Source of the DNA: an uncultured Gemmatimonadales bacterium
GTDB taxonomy: Bacteria; Gemmatimonadota; Gemmatimonadetes; Gemmatimonadales; GWC2-71-9
Direction: 5' to 3'
Assembly (NCBI GenBank): GCA_963748815.1
Contig: CAVVKJ010000010.1
Span: 672,001 to 736,000, forward strand
DNA: 64,000 nucleotides
In this document: positions 1-9,016 of the stretch, one piece after another
How positions within the stretch are numbered: the stretch's first letter is position 1
Layout of the letters: every line of letters starts with the position of its first letter
The notes under the pieces: model-generated
What the model saw: the letters and a program-made list of their open reading frames with translations, nothing else
Database searches by the model: none
What the model was told of the DNA's origin: nothing
Translations under genes and position numbers: made by a program

Positions 1-1232
1 CGGACTCCGCTGGCTGGGCGTCGAGTGGGACGAAGGCCCCTTCTTCCAGGGCTCCTACGGCACGCGGCACCGCGCCGACGCCGAACGCCTGCTGGCCGAG
101 GGGAAGGCCTACCGCTGTTTCTGCACCTCGGACGACCTCGACGCGCAGCGGAAGGCGATGGCCGGCATGAAGGCCGCCTTTCGCTATGACGGGCGCTGCG
201 GCCGGCTCCCGGCGGCGGAGGTCGAGGCCCGGGTCGCCGGCGGCGCGCCCAGCGCCATCCGGTTCCGGATGCCGCAGCAGGAGATCGCGTGGGACGACGC
301 GGTCCACGGCCGGATCAGTTTCCAGGGCCACGATCTCGACGACCTGGTCATCCTGCGGAGCGACCACACCCCGATCTACAACCTGGCCGTGGTCTCCGAC
401 GACATCGAGATGCGGATTACCCACGTCATCCGCGGCGACGACCACGTCTCCAATACCCCCAAGCAGATCGCCCTCTACCGGGCGCTCGGACACGAGCCGC
501 CGGTCTTCGCGCACGTCCCGATGATCCTCGGCGACGACGGGAAGAAACTGTCCAAGCGCCACGGAGCCACCGCCGTCGGCGACTACCAGGACAAGGGCAT
601 CCTCCCCGCCGCCATGCGGAACTTCCTGGCCCTCCTCGGCTGGAGTCCCGGCGGCGACCGGGAGATCATGTCCGAGGCCGAGCTGATCGAGGCGTTCTCG
701 CTGGAGGGGATCCAGAAGAAGCCGGCGGTCTTCGACACCGCCAAGCTGGAGTGGATGAATGGCCAGTATCTCTCGCAGCGGTCGGCCGACGAACTCCTCG
801 CCCCGACTGAGCGCGAGCTGGAGCGGATGGGCGTCGCCACGGCCGGCCGCGATCTCAAGCCGTTGATCGACTCGGTCAAGGCGCGCTCGCGCACCATCCT
901 CAACATCGCCGAGCAGGTGGCGGTCCGGCTCGACGCCAGCCGAGTGGTGCGCGACGACAAGGGCGAGAAGCTGGCCGCCAAGCTCGGCGCCGCGTTCGGC
1001 GCCAATCTGGCGCTGGTCGCCGAGGCGCTCGAGGCCATCCCCCCCGGCGGAGTGGAACTCGGAGCGGATTCTGGCCGACGTGAAGGCGCTGGCCGAGGCA
1101 CAGGGCGCCAAGCTCGGTGATTTGATGCAACCGGTGCGGGTGGTGCTGACCGGCTCGACGGTCTCGGAGCCGGTGAACGACCTGCTCGTGGTGATCGGGC
1201 GGGATGAGAGCCTGAGACGAATCCGCGGGTAA
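1..1232 (+). CDS. gltX: Glutamate--tRNA ligase (5' end outside the window; apparent +1 frameshift at the C run 1039-1045)
   Basis: Frame from base 2 reads GLRWLGVEWDEGPFFQ...AYRCFC; also YNLAVVSDD, THVIRGDDH and KLSKR motifs. After the C run another frame continues PAEWNSERILADVK...MQPVRVVLTG...SEP to TAA at 1230-1232. Confidence 0.93.
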
Positions 1233-1245
1233 GCTCCCGGAGCGC

Positions 1246-2135
1246 ATGCGCGTCGCATCGTGCAGGATGAAGTGAGCCGACGCTTGCCCTCGGCCTCGAG
1301 CGTACCAGCGCGTTGACGCGCGAGGCCGCCGCCGGCGGAGCCCGGCTCGTCGTCTTCCCCGAGACCTGGCTCCCCGGATATCCCGCCTGGCTCGACCACT
1401 GCGGCGATGCCGCCTCTGGAACCACCCACCCACGAAGACCGTCTTCCGCCAGATGGCGGAGCAAAGCGTCGACCTCAATGGTGAATCCGGCGCGGCGCTC
1501 GCCGCCATCGCCCGCCACAGCGCCGTCACCTCGTGGTCGGGGTGACCGAGCGTGTCGCTGCGGGACCGGGCCGAGGCACACTATTCAACGCCCTCCTCAC
1601 CCTTGGCCCCGACGGTTCCCTCCTCAACCATCACCGCAAGCTGGTGCCGACCTATACCGAGCGACTGGTGTGGGGGCCGGGCGACACGGCGGGGCTGCGA
1701 GCGGTCGAGACACCGGCGGGACGGGTCGGCGGACTCATCTGCTGGGAACACTGGATGCCGCTCACCCGGCAGGCGTTGCACGAATCGGGAGAGGACATTC
1801 ACGTGGCGGTCTGGCCGACGGTGCACGAGATGCACCAGGTGGCCAGCCGGCACTACGCCTTCGAGGGACGCAGCTTCGTTTTGGCGGCGGGAGGGCTGAT
1901 GCGGGCGTCAGCGTTGCCGGTGGAATTTGTTTCAGCCGCCGGCTCCGAGGATCCGGATGCGTGGGTCCTGCGGGGTGGGAGTGCCATCATGGCCGGATGG
2001 GGCGTACAGGCCCGGCTCGGCGGCGATCTTGACGGCTGACCTGGGCCTCGGCAGGATTCAGCAAGAATCGACGACACTGGACGCTGCCGGGCGCTACGCC
2101 CGACCGGATTGTCTCGAGGTTCGAGTGCCGCGCCT
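1246..2135 (+). pseudogene. Carbon-nitrogen hydrolase (nitrilase) family gene broken by several frameshifts; 3' end approximate
   Basis: Catalytic-triad motifs [23 protein letters not shown] and ICWEH, plus C-terminal [12 protein letters not shown], are spread over ORFs 1313..2032, 1533..2039 and 1927..2424. Confidence 0.8.
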
Positions 2136-3292
2136 CTCCCCCGGCTCACGCCTGTGGGGCCCAGAAAGAATCCGTAGTTCTCCTGCGCAGCAATTTGCGA
2201 TACGCCCGTCGCCACCGATGCCGGGACGAGCACATCCGGCCCGGTCTCTGCATGACCCCAGCACCAGACCTCGTCGAGAGAGCTGCGACCGCACGCAAAA
2301 CCGCTCCCGACCGCCAATTGAACGAATTTGTGCCCCCCGGCCACGAGCACCGGTGTCTCAGAGGGAGTCACGGTCCCATCACCGAGGGGGCCGGGGCCCC
2401 AGCAGGCGGCAGTGGAGTCGGTGAGGGTTCCGCAGACCCCGACGCGAAAGCCAGAGCTCCCGATGATGTAGGTGCCCTCCATGGCGAGGCTGGTGAACTG
2501 CAGCGTTGCAGAAACCTGCTGCGGCATTCCACCGACCTGCCAGCACCACGCGGTAGAATCGCTCACGGCAAGCGCACAGAAGCCTGGGCTCACCGTGGCA
2601 CTCACAATTCCCCTCACGGGGGGAAGCCCGCTGACTTGCGTCGGGGCCGGCGGGACTCCGTTCGAACACCAGATGGCCGCAGAAACATCGAGTGCGCACA
2701 CCGCCTCGAAGATGCTGCCAGAAGCGCTCACAGCGAGCTCGATGTAGTTCCGAGTGTCATCCACCAAGCCGGGGCTCACATTCCACCAACCAAAGTCCAG
2801 ATTGTTTGACACCGGTTCGGCATTGGCCCAGAAAGACAGTCCCCAGCAGCGGAGCTCTCCGTTCGCAAGGCCGCAGCCCATTCCGCCCGCCGCCGCCAAT
2901 TGGTCCACCCGAAATGCCTCACCCGTGGACTCAAAATCAATCGGCTCGCCCTCTGGGATGCTGGCCCGGACCTGGTTCACGCCCGACGTGGCGCCGAGCG
3001 TCCACACCGCCTTCGCGTACCCGTCGGCATCCGTCGTCACGCCGGTGGGCGCGATGCTCCCCCCACCCTGCCGAATCGACCAGGTCATGGCCACGCCGGC
3101 CCTTGGCGTCCCCGACGGGTCGACCGCCCGGACGACGAGTGTGTCAATCAACTCCCACCCGGGCGCCCCGACCATCGAGGGCGCCTGGACGATGATCAAC
3201 TCGGCCGGCAACGGCTCGGTCGTCTGGTCGTCGCAGGCGACAGAGCTCAGCATCGCGATCGACATCAGCCCTGCATAACGCAGTGTGATCAC
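1853..3292 (-). CDS. Ig-like (Big_1-type) plus RCC1-like repeat lipoprotein, copy D; lacks the conserved C-terminal tail and reads into the nitrilase antisense strand
   Basis: Lipobox-like SSVAC; Ig-like segment [24 protein letters not shown]; repeated CG...CWG motifs. Confidence 0.75.
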   Translation of the reverse strand: MITLRYAGLMSIAMLSSVACDDQTTEPLPAELIIVQAPSMVGAPGWELIDTLVVRAVDPSGTPRAGVAMTWSIRQGGGSIAPTGVTTDADGYAKAVWTLGATSGVNQVRASIPEGEPIDFESTGEAFRVDQLAAAGGMGCGLANGELRCWGLSFWANAEPVSNNLDFGWWNVSPGLVDDTRNYIELAVSASGSIFEAVCALDVSAAIWCSNGVPPAPTQVSGLPPVRGIVSATVSPGFCALAVSDSTAWCWQVGGMPQQVSATLQFTSLAMEGTYIIGSSGFRVGVCGTLTDSTAACWGPGPLGDGTVTPSETPVLVAGGHKFVQLAVGSGFACGRSSLDEVWCWGHAETGPDVLVPASVATGVSQIAAQENYGFFLGPTGVSRGRGAALEPRDNPVGRSARQRPVSSILAESCRGPGQPSRSPPSRACTPHPAMMALPPRRTHASGSSEPAAETNSTGNADARISPPAAKTKLRPSKA

Positions 3293-3358
3293 GGAAACCC
3301 TCTCGTTGAGACCATCGTGGTCCGCGCCGTGAGCGTTTCACTTCGGACCGGCTGCACC
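2902..3358. repeat. Direct repeat copy 1 (junction of C-terminal tail and next N-terminus)
   Basis: Colinear with 4787-5243 at a constant offset of 1885 nt at both ends checked (ggtccacccgaaatgcctc; cttcggaccggctgcac). Confidence 0.9.
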
Positions 3359-4134
3359 GGCTCGTAGTGGGTGACATTCAAATAAACTATGCTCGTGTTG
3401 GAAAGATCACTGCTGCAATAAACTTCGTCATCGGCCAAGCGCACGCAGGTGAGCGAATTGTAGGCGAATCCGGCGATGGGGAGCTCCGGCAATCCCGTGG
3501 GCCCCGGCCGTACCTCTGCATTTGCCCAGAGCCAGAGCGAGTTGGCTCCGGCAAATCCGAGCACCAACGCCTTGACGCTGTACCCGGCCAGACGGGATCC
3601 GCCACCCGGCCCAAGCACCATCGTCGGAAGCCGAACATCTTGATCGCCCCAGCACCACACCTCGCCGTTGGCCTTCCTGCCACAACTGAACCCGTCCGCC
3701 ACCGTCAGCTCGACGAAGCGGTGCTCGCCAGCCACATACCCCACACCGTTGTACCCCGTAATTGTGCCATCTCCCGGCGGGCCGATACCCCAACAGGCGG
3801 CGGTCGAGTCTGCTAGGAGTCCGCACGCCCGGTAATCTGGATACAGCACGGGGATTCCCACGCCGTCAGACCACGACATCCAAAGAGCGGTGAAAGCCGG
3901 CGAACCCGCGATTTGCTCCGGGGCTGACCCGTAAATCCAGCACCAGGCGGTCGAGTCGGCGACCGAGATGCCGCAGAATCGTTTGTCCCTCCCCTCACCG
4001 GGACGCATGCCGCCGACGAGCTGACGAATCACGGGAAGGCCCGCGACGAGAGCGACGTCGGGCGCGCCTGCACTCGCGCACCAGACCGCTCCCTGTGTGT
4101 CGAGCCCGCAGGCAACGGATCCGGCAACGGCCAC
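3289..4134 (-). CDS. RCC1-like repeat protein, copy C (N-terminally truncated paralog)
   Basis: Homologous to the C-terminal two-thirds of its neighbours ([34 protein letters not shown]). Ends in [23 protein letters not shown]. Confidence 0.7.
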   Translation of the reverse strand: MAVAGSVACGLDTQGAVWCASAGAPDVALVAGLPVIRQLVGGMRPGEGRDKRFCGISVADSTAWCWIYGSAPEQIAGSPAFTALWMSWSDGVGIPVLYPDYRACGLLADSTAACWGIGPPGDGTITGYNGVGYVAGEHRFVELTVADGFSCGRKANGEVWCWGDQDVRLPTMVLGPGGGSRLAGYSVKALVLGFAGANSLWLWANAEVRPGPTGLPELPIAGFAYNSLTCVRLADDEVYCSSDLSNTSIVYLNVTHYEPVQPVRSETLTARTTMVSTRGFP

Positions 4135-4136
4135 GC

Positions 4137-5177
4137 CTATGCCTCCTCGCCGGTGGTGCGCCCACAGCTGAACCGATCGCCGACCACCAATTCCACGAAG
4201 CGATGCCCACCGGACACCACCACCGCACTGTCCATCCCGCTACCCACAGGGCCATCGCCTGCAGGACCAACGCCCCAGCAGACGGCTACCGAATCCGCTT
4301 GCAGGCCGCACGCCCGGTAGTCGCCATACGGAACCACCGCTGCGCCGAAGGCATTGCCACGTGACAACCATATGGCGCGAAGCGCCGGCGAGGCGATGAC
4401 CTGGCTCGGCGGCGAGGCGAGCGTCCAACACCACGCTGTCGAATCAGCCGCGGCGGAACCGCAATATTGTGGCGACCGTAGGTAGGTGAATCCGAGGAGG
4501 GCCCCTGCGATTTGGCGAATGGCCGGAAGGTCTGAAATCTGAGTCGGGGTCGGCGACTGTGCGGTGGCACACCACACCATCCCTACACCGTCCAGCCCGC
4601 AGACCGAAGGTCCTGCCACCGCGAGATCAACGAAGTGATGGGTATCGTCCACCAGACCAGGGGTGAAATTCGCTCCGGCATTCGGCGCGACGGATACGGG
4701 CGAGGAGTTGCCCCAGAATGGCGCCCCCCAACACCAGAGCGCTCCTGCGCGCAGCCCGCAGGCAAACCCGTCCTCCGCGGACAGGCGGTCCACCCGAAAT
4801 GCCTCGCCCGTGGACTCGAAATTCGCCTGAGCGCCCTCGAGAGTCCCGGCCCGCACCCGGTTCACGCCCGACGTACTCCCCAGCGTCCACACCGCCTTCG
4901 CCAATCCGTCCGCATCGGTCTCATCGGTCGTTGGCGCGATGCTCCCCCCACCCTGCCGCACCACCCACGTCACCTCGACCCCCGCCCTTGGCGCCCCAGA
5001 GGGATCGACCGCGCGGACGATGAGAGTATCGATCAACTCCCAGCCAGGCGCGCCCACGGTAGAGGGGGCTTGGACGATGACCAGGTCGGCCGGCAACGGC
5101 TCGGTCGTCTGGTCGTTGCAGGCGACAGTGCTCAGCATCGCGATCAACATCAGCCCTGCGTGACGCGATGGGATCAC
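4137..5177 (-). CDS. Ig-like plus RCC1-like repeat lipoprotein, copy B (C-terminally truncated)
   Basis: Lipobox-like STVAC; N-terminus nearly identical to copy D; stops abruptly at SCGRTTGEEA, where the paralogs continue GEV(W/D)CWG. Confidence 0.75.
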   Translation of the reverse strand: MIPSRHAGLMLIAMLSTVACNDQTTEPLPADLVIVQAPSTVGAPGWELIDTLIVRAVDPSGAPRAGVEVTWVVRQGGGSIAPTTDETDADGLAKAVWTLGSTSGVNRVRAGTLEGAQANFESTGEAFRVDRLSAEDGFACGLRAGALWCWGAPFWGNSSPVSVAPNAGANFTPGLVDDTHHFVDLAVAGPSVCGLDGVGMVWCATAQSPTPTQISDLPAIRQIAGALLGFTYLRSPQYCGSAAADSTAWCWTLASPPSQVIASPALRAIWLSRGNAFGAAVVPYGDYRACGLQADSVAVCWGVGPAGDGPVGSGMDSAVVVSGGHRFVELVVGDRFSCGRTTGEEA

Positions 5178-5243
5178 GGCAGACCTCTCGTTGACATCAT
5201 CGTCGTCCGCGCCGTGAGTGTCTCACTTCGGACCGGCTGCACG
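4787..5243. repeat. Direct repeat copy 2
   Basis: Colinear, highly similar copy of 2902-3358. Confidence 0.9.
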
Positions 5244-6160
5244 GGGTAGTACGCGAGCTCGCCAACGATCGTACTGCCGCCGTCAAGCTCGTCCGAACAG
5301 TACACTTCGTTCCCGGCCATCCGGAGGCAGGTGACGGTGTTGTAGGCCATCGAAAGGACGCCGGCGTTGGGCAGCCCGGTTGGGGGGAGGAGCATCGGGG
5401 CGGTGGGTGCCCACCAGTGCTGGAACTGGCCCGGCGACAGGGCGGTGAGGACCCTGGCCTGGGATCCGCCGAGGAGCGTGGCGCCGGAACCGACCGCAGT
5501 CGGGGTCGTAGGCGTCAGGTCCGGCCCGCCCCAGCAATCCACCTCTCCCGTCGGCAATCGTCCACAGGAGAAGCGATCACCCACGGTCAGCTCCACCCAG
5601 CGGCCCCCTCCCGTCACGGCCACCACCGAGTCGAGCCCGCCCCACAGAGATCCATTCCCAGGCTGGCCCACACCCCAGCAGTAGGCGGTCGAGTCCGCCG
5701 TAATCCCACAACCGCGATAGTCCTTGTACCGAACAGGGGCCGCACCGAACGTATTCCCATTCGCCACCCAGATCGCCGCGAAGGCCGGTGATCCCACCAC
5801 CGGCTCCGGGACGGAGTCGGTGCGCCAGCACCAGGCAGTCGAATCGGAGGCCGCAAGCGCGCAGAACCGCATGCGCCCGCTGCCCCACCAATTATTGGCG
5901 CCGACCAACTGGCGGGCGGCGGGCAGGCCGCCCACCTGTTGGAGGGCGTGGGACGCTCCTGTACTACACCACACTACCTGCGCAGGATCGAGTCCACAGA
6001 CTGTGGACCCCGACACCGCAATATCCGTAAATGCGTGGAGGTCATCCACCAGCGCCGGCGATACGTTCGCAGGTGGGAAAGGTCCTTGGGATACCGGTTC
6101 CCCGTTCGCCCAGAAACCAGGTCCCCAGCACCACAGTGTCGTTCCGACCATGGGAGCCAC
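5174..6160 (-). CDS. RCC1-like repeat protein, copy A (lacks signal peptide and Ig domain)
   Basis: Begins at the first LWCWG repeat and ends in PVQPVRSETLTARTTMMSTRGLP. Confidence 0.7.
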   Translation of the reverse strand: MAPMVGTTLWCWGPGFWANGEPVSQGPFPPANVSPALVDDLHAFTDIAVSGSTVCGLDPAQVVWCSTGASHALQQVGGLPAARQLVGANNWWGSGRMRFCALAASDSTAWCWRTDSVPEPVVGSPAFAAIWVANGNTFGAAPVRYKDYRGCGITADSTAYCWGVGQPGNGSLWGGLDSVVAVTGGGRWVELTVGDRFSCGRLPTGEVDCWGGPDLTPTTPTAVGSGATLLGGSQARVLTALSPGQFQHWWAPTAPMLLPPTGLPNAGVLSMAYNTVTCLRMAGNEVYCSDELDGGSTIVGELAYYPVQPVRSETLTARTTMMSTRGLP

Positions 6161-6269
6161 CCGCCAATGGATACTTACGGCGCGGGTCCGCAGAGTTCAA
6201 GGGGGCGCGGCAATAGCTCCTGTCTTGACGATGAGCCTCGATTTGGGACAGATGCCCCCCGGAGCCGCC

Positions 6270-7163
6270 ATGATCCGCCCGCCCGCACTCGTGCTGGCCC
6301 TTTCCCTCCTTGCCGCACCCGCCATCGCCCAGGTCACCACACCGCAGGACACCACCCTCGGGGACACACTCCTCGTCGACCGGACGCTCAGCGGTGTCGC
6401 CGACTCGTTCCGCGTGAAGCTCGCGGAGGGCGGCCAGTATCGAATCCTGCTGACGCCGGGCGCCGCTACCCTGACCGCAATCAGCGCGGACAAGCGCGCT
6501 TCCTCGGCGTTTCCCGCCCGCGTCCGCGAAGGCGCCGGGGCCAACCCCACGCTCATCGAGCTCTACCCGCCACGAACCGCCGAGTACACGGTCCGGATCA
6601 GCGCGAGCGCCGGCCTGGCAGGCGGGCGCCTGCAGTTGTGGTCGGACCGCAAGCTGGCGGAGGAGAAGCAGGCGACCCAGGACCGGGCGTGGGGCGTCGG
6701 GCTGGGGTTCGCTGGCGGGTGGCACTCCGGGTTCTACACCGGCGCGGATGACGCGAATTCGGGACAGTCGGGGGCGGTCATCGAGGGGTGCCTGCTGGTG
6801 GGAAGCAGCGGGCCGGTCAGCGGCTGCCTCGGCTTCTCGAGCATGGAACTCGGCAGCGAAGAGAACAAGCTCACCTGGTTCTTCGTCGAGCCGAGATTCC
6901 GGGTGGTCAGCATCGGCTCGCTCGGCCGGCCGCTCGACCTGATCGTCTCGGCCCGCATCGGGCAGGGCAACTCGGAGCGCGTCGGGGTGGACCCGACCAT
7001 GCTGGCCCCGGGGCTGATCGTCTCCTACCACCTCGACAGCCGACCCGGCGCGCGCGGCTGGCGACTCAACTTCCAGTTCTTCTACGCCCTCCTCGGCAAC
7101 GTCGACACGCCGAACAACTCCGACTTCGCGCAGCTCACGCTGGGACTGGCGTGGATTCCGTAG
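6270..7163 (+). CDS. Secreted/outer-membrane protein: small beta-sandwich followed by a putative beta-barrel
   Basis: GGAG RBS at 6261; signal peptide MIRPPALVLALSLLAAPAIA-Q; amphipathic strands ending LTLGLAWIP. Confidence 0.7.
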   Translation: MIRPPALVLALSLLAAPAIAQVTTPQDTTLGDTLLVDRTLSGVADSFRVKLAEGGQYRILLTPGAATLTAISADKRASSAFPARVREGAGANPTLIELYPPRTAEYTVRISASAGLAGGRLQLWSDRKLAEEKQATQDRAWGVGLGFAGGWHSGFYTGADDANSGQSGAVIEGCLLVGSSGPVSGCLGFSSMELGSEENKLTWFFVEPRFRVVSIGSLGRPLDLIVSARIGQGNSERVGVDPTMLAPGLIVSYHLDSRPGARGWRLNFQFFYALLGNVDTPNNSDFAQLTLGLAWIP

Positions 7164-7256
7164 CGCGACCGCTTGACACCCCGAATGGCAATCCCGATAC
7201 TGGAAGGTGCGGTACAGGTGCGCCGCACCCCTGCCCCCTCGAGCCTCGGACCGCCG

Positions 7257-7877
7257 ATGCCGGTGCGAATCGTCCCGCCCAGCGAATCGGATACCCTCCT
7301 CGCCGTCCTCTGCGACGCCTTCTTCGATTACCCCGTCATGCGCTACGTCCTGGGCCCGGAGCCGAACTACGCGGAACGGCTCGGCACCCTGATCGGCCTC
7401 TTCGTCGCGGCCCGCGTGGCACGCGAAGACCTGATGCTCAGCCTCGACGACGACGTCGGTACCCCGGTAGCCGCCGCGTTGGTGAATCTCCCTGGGGGCA
7501 GCGTCCCCGGCCCCGCGTTCGAGTCCCTTCGGGAGAGCGTCTGGGCGGAGTTGGGGCAGGAGGAGCGACGGCGCTACGAGGCCTTCGGCGCCGCGACCCA
7601 GCCCTTTGAGATCGGGGAACCCCACCACCACCTCGGCATGATCGGCGTGCGGACCGCCCACCAGGGCGCCGGGCATGCCCGCATCCTCCTGCAACACGTC
7701 CACGCCGTGGCCGCCGCCGACTCCGACAGCGCCGGGGTGTCGCTCACCACCGAACTGTCCCGGAACGTCGGGTTTTACGAGTACTTCGGCTACGAACTCT
7801 CCGGCTACGCGCGCGTGGCACCCGAGCTGGAAACGTGGTCGTTCTTTCGGCCGGCCACGGCGGCAGATCGACGCTGA
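7257..7877 (+). CDS. GNAT-family N-acetyltransferase
   Basis: LGMIGVRTAHQGAGHA acetyl-CoA motif and NVGFYEYFGY. Confidence 0.85.
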   Translation: MPVRIVPPSESDTLLAVLCDAFFDYPVMRYVLGPEPNYAERLGTLIGLFVAARVAREDLMLSLDDDVGTPVAAALVNLPGGSVPGPAFESLRESVWAELGQEERRRYEAFGAATQPFEIGEPHHHLGMIGVRTAHQGAGHARILLQHVHAVAAADSDSAGVSLTTELSRNVGFYEYFGYELSGYARVAPELETWSFFRPATAADRR

Positions 7878-7901
7878 CCCTCACCCCCTCCGGAGGGACG
7901 G

Positions 7902-8312
7902 ATGAACAACCTCGTCGTGGCACGCTACCTGGACGGGACGATCCTCAAGGGAACCAGCCTGGATGTGGACCCGACGAAGCCGGCGTTCCACCTGCGACCC
8001 CCGGAGGGCGTCACCGCCGAGGTCAAGCTGAAGGACCTCAAGGCGCTCTTCTTCGTGCGCTCCCTCGAGGGCGACATGGCCCGCCACGAAACCCGTACCC
8101 TCGACCCCGGAGATCCGCGAACGCATGGCTCCACCGCCGTGTCCCTGCAGTTTCCCGATGGCGAGGTCATGGTCGGCCTCACCAACCGCTTCCCGCCCAA
8201 CCGCCCGTTCTTTTTCGTGGTACCGGTCGATAAGGAGAGCAACAACATCCGGGTGCTGGTCAATCGCAGCGCCGTGAAAAAGATCGAGCCGCTGGGCAGC
8301 GGCTCGATGTAG
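7902..8312 (+). CDS. Conserved hypothetical protein (DUF6982-like, two VVARYLDG/LQFPDGE repeats)
   Basis: GGAGG RBS; internal duplication; resemblance to the family is from memory. Confidence 0.7.
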   Translation: MNNLVVARYLDGTILKGTSLDVDPTKPAFHLRPPEGVTAEVKLKDLKALFFVRSLEGDMARHETRTLDPGDPRTHGSTAVSLQFPDGEVMVGLTNRFPPNRPFFFVVPVDKESNNIRVLVNRSAVKKIEPLGSGSM

Positions 8313-8331
8313 CAAGGGCCTGGCGCGCAGC

Positions 8332-8910
8332 CTACTTCGGGCCGATGGCTCCCGCCGCCGGCCAGTCGGAGTCGCCCACGCGAAGGAGGTTGCTCTCGTA
8401 AAACCGCACCGGATCCTTGCCAGGCGCCAGTCGGTCGCCGACCTCGTTCCACTTGCCGTCCTTGACGACCGCGGTGTAACGGATGGTCATCGGACCCGCC
8501 GGGATCTCCCAGACGAAGCCATCGGGCGTCGGCGTAAGGGTGAAGTCGCCGACGCTCCCTTGTGCGTATGAGCGCATCGTGTAGGCCTTCGTTGCCGGGT
8601 TAAAGGAGATCGTCGCGAACGCATTGAACGCGAGCGTGCCGTCCGCCTCATAACCCCGCCCCTCCACTACCTTCACCGCCCCATCGAGGAAGGGTCCCAC
8701 CCGCTCCGTCTGCGCCAGCGTGTGCCGCTGTCCGGACTGGTCAATCGTCCACGCCGTGCCGCGCCATACCCCGTCCATGAAGGCCAGCGGCGCCATGGCC
8801 TGCCGCTCAGCCGCCAGAAGCACGCCGGGGTCCGGGCGCCCCTGTGCCCCCGCCTCGCTGGTGCCAACCACCATCAGGACGACCGCCGCAATCCGTCGAA
8901 CAGGCCACAT
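8332..8910 (-). CDS. Secreted DUF1579-like protein
   Basis: Signal peptide; LAFMDGVWRG and TERVGPFLDG motifs. Confidence 0.7.
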   Translation of the reverse strand: MWPVRRIAAVVLMVVGTSEAGAQGRPDPGVLLAAERQAMAPLAFMDGVWRGTAWTIDQSGQRHTLAQTERVGPFLDGAVKVVEGRGYEADGTLAFNAFATISFNPATKAYTMRSYAQGSVGDFTLTPTPDGFVWEIPAGPMTIRYTAVVKDGKWNEVGDRLAPGKDPVRFYESNLLRVGDSDWPAAGAIGPK

Positions 8911-9016
8911 CGTCTGCTCCGTGAGTGGGGAATTCGAGTGCGCCCCACCCAAGCCTGGTGTGGCGCGACCACCAAGCTAGTCCGGTCCGTCGACGCCGGC
9001 TTGAAGAAATGCGACA

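Noticed and set aside
1039..1045. Programmed frameshift or phase variation in gltX
   Set aside because: Essential gene, no stimulatory structure evident, and similar indels occur elsewhere; a sequencing error is more likely.
2902..5243. Diversity-generating retroelement (TR/VR pair)
   Set aside because: Differences between the repeats are not adenine-specific and, in the tail segment compared codon by codon, are mostly synonymous. The repeat covers constant rather than variable regions, and no reverse transcriptase is present.
5724..6269. N-terminal extensions of ORF-track calls (also 18240-19427, 11845-12495, 42524-43321, 50184-50768, 59049-59600)
   Set aside because: They overlap real neighbouring genes. 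RBS, signal-peptide and homology evidence place the starts downstream.
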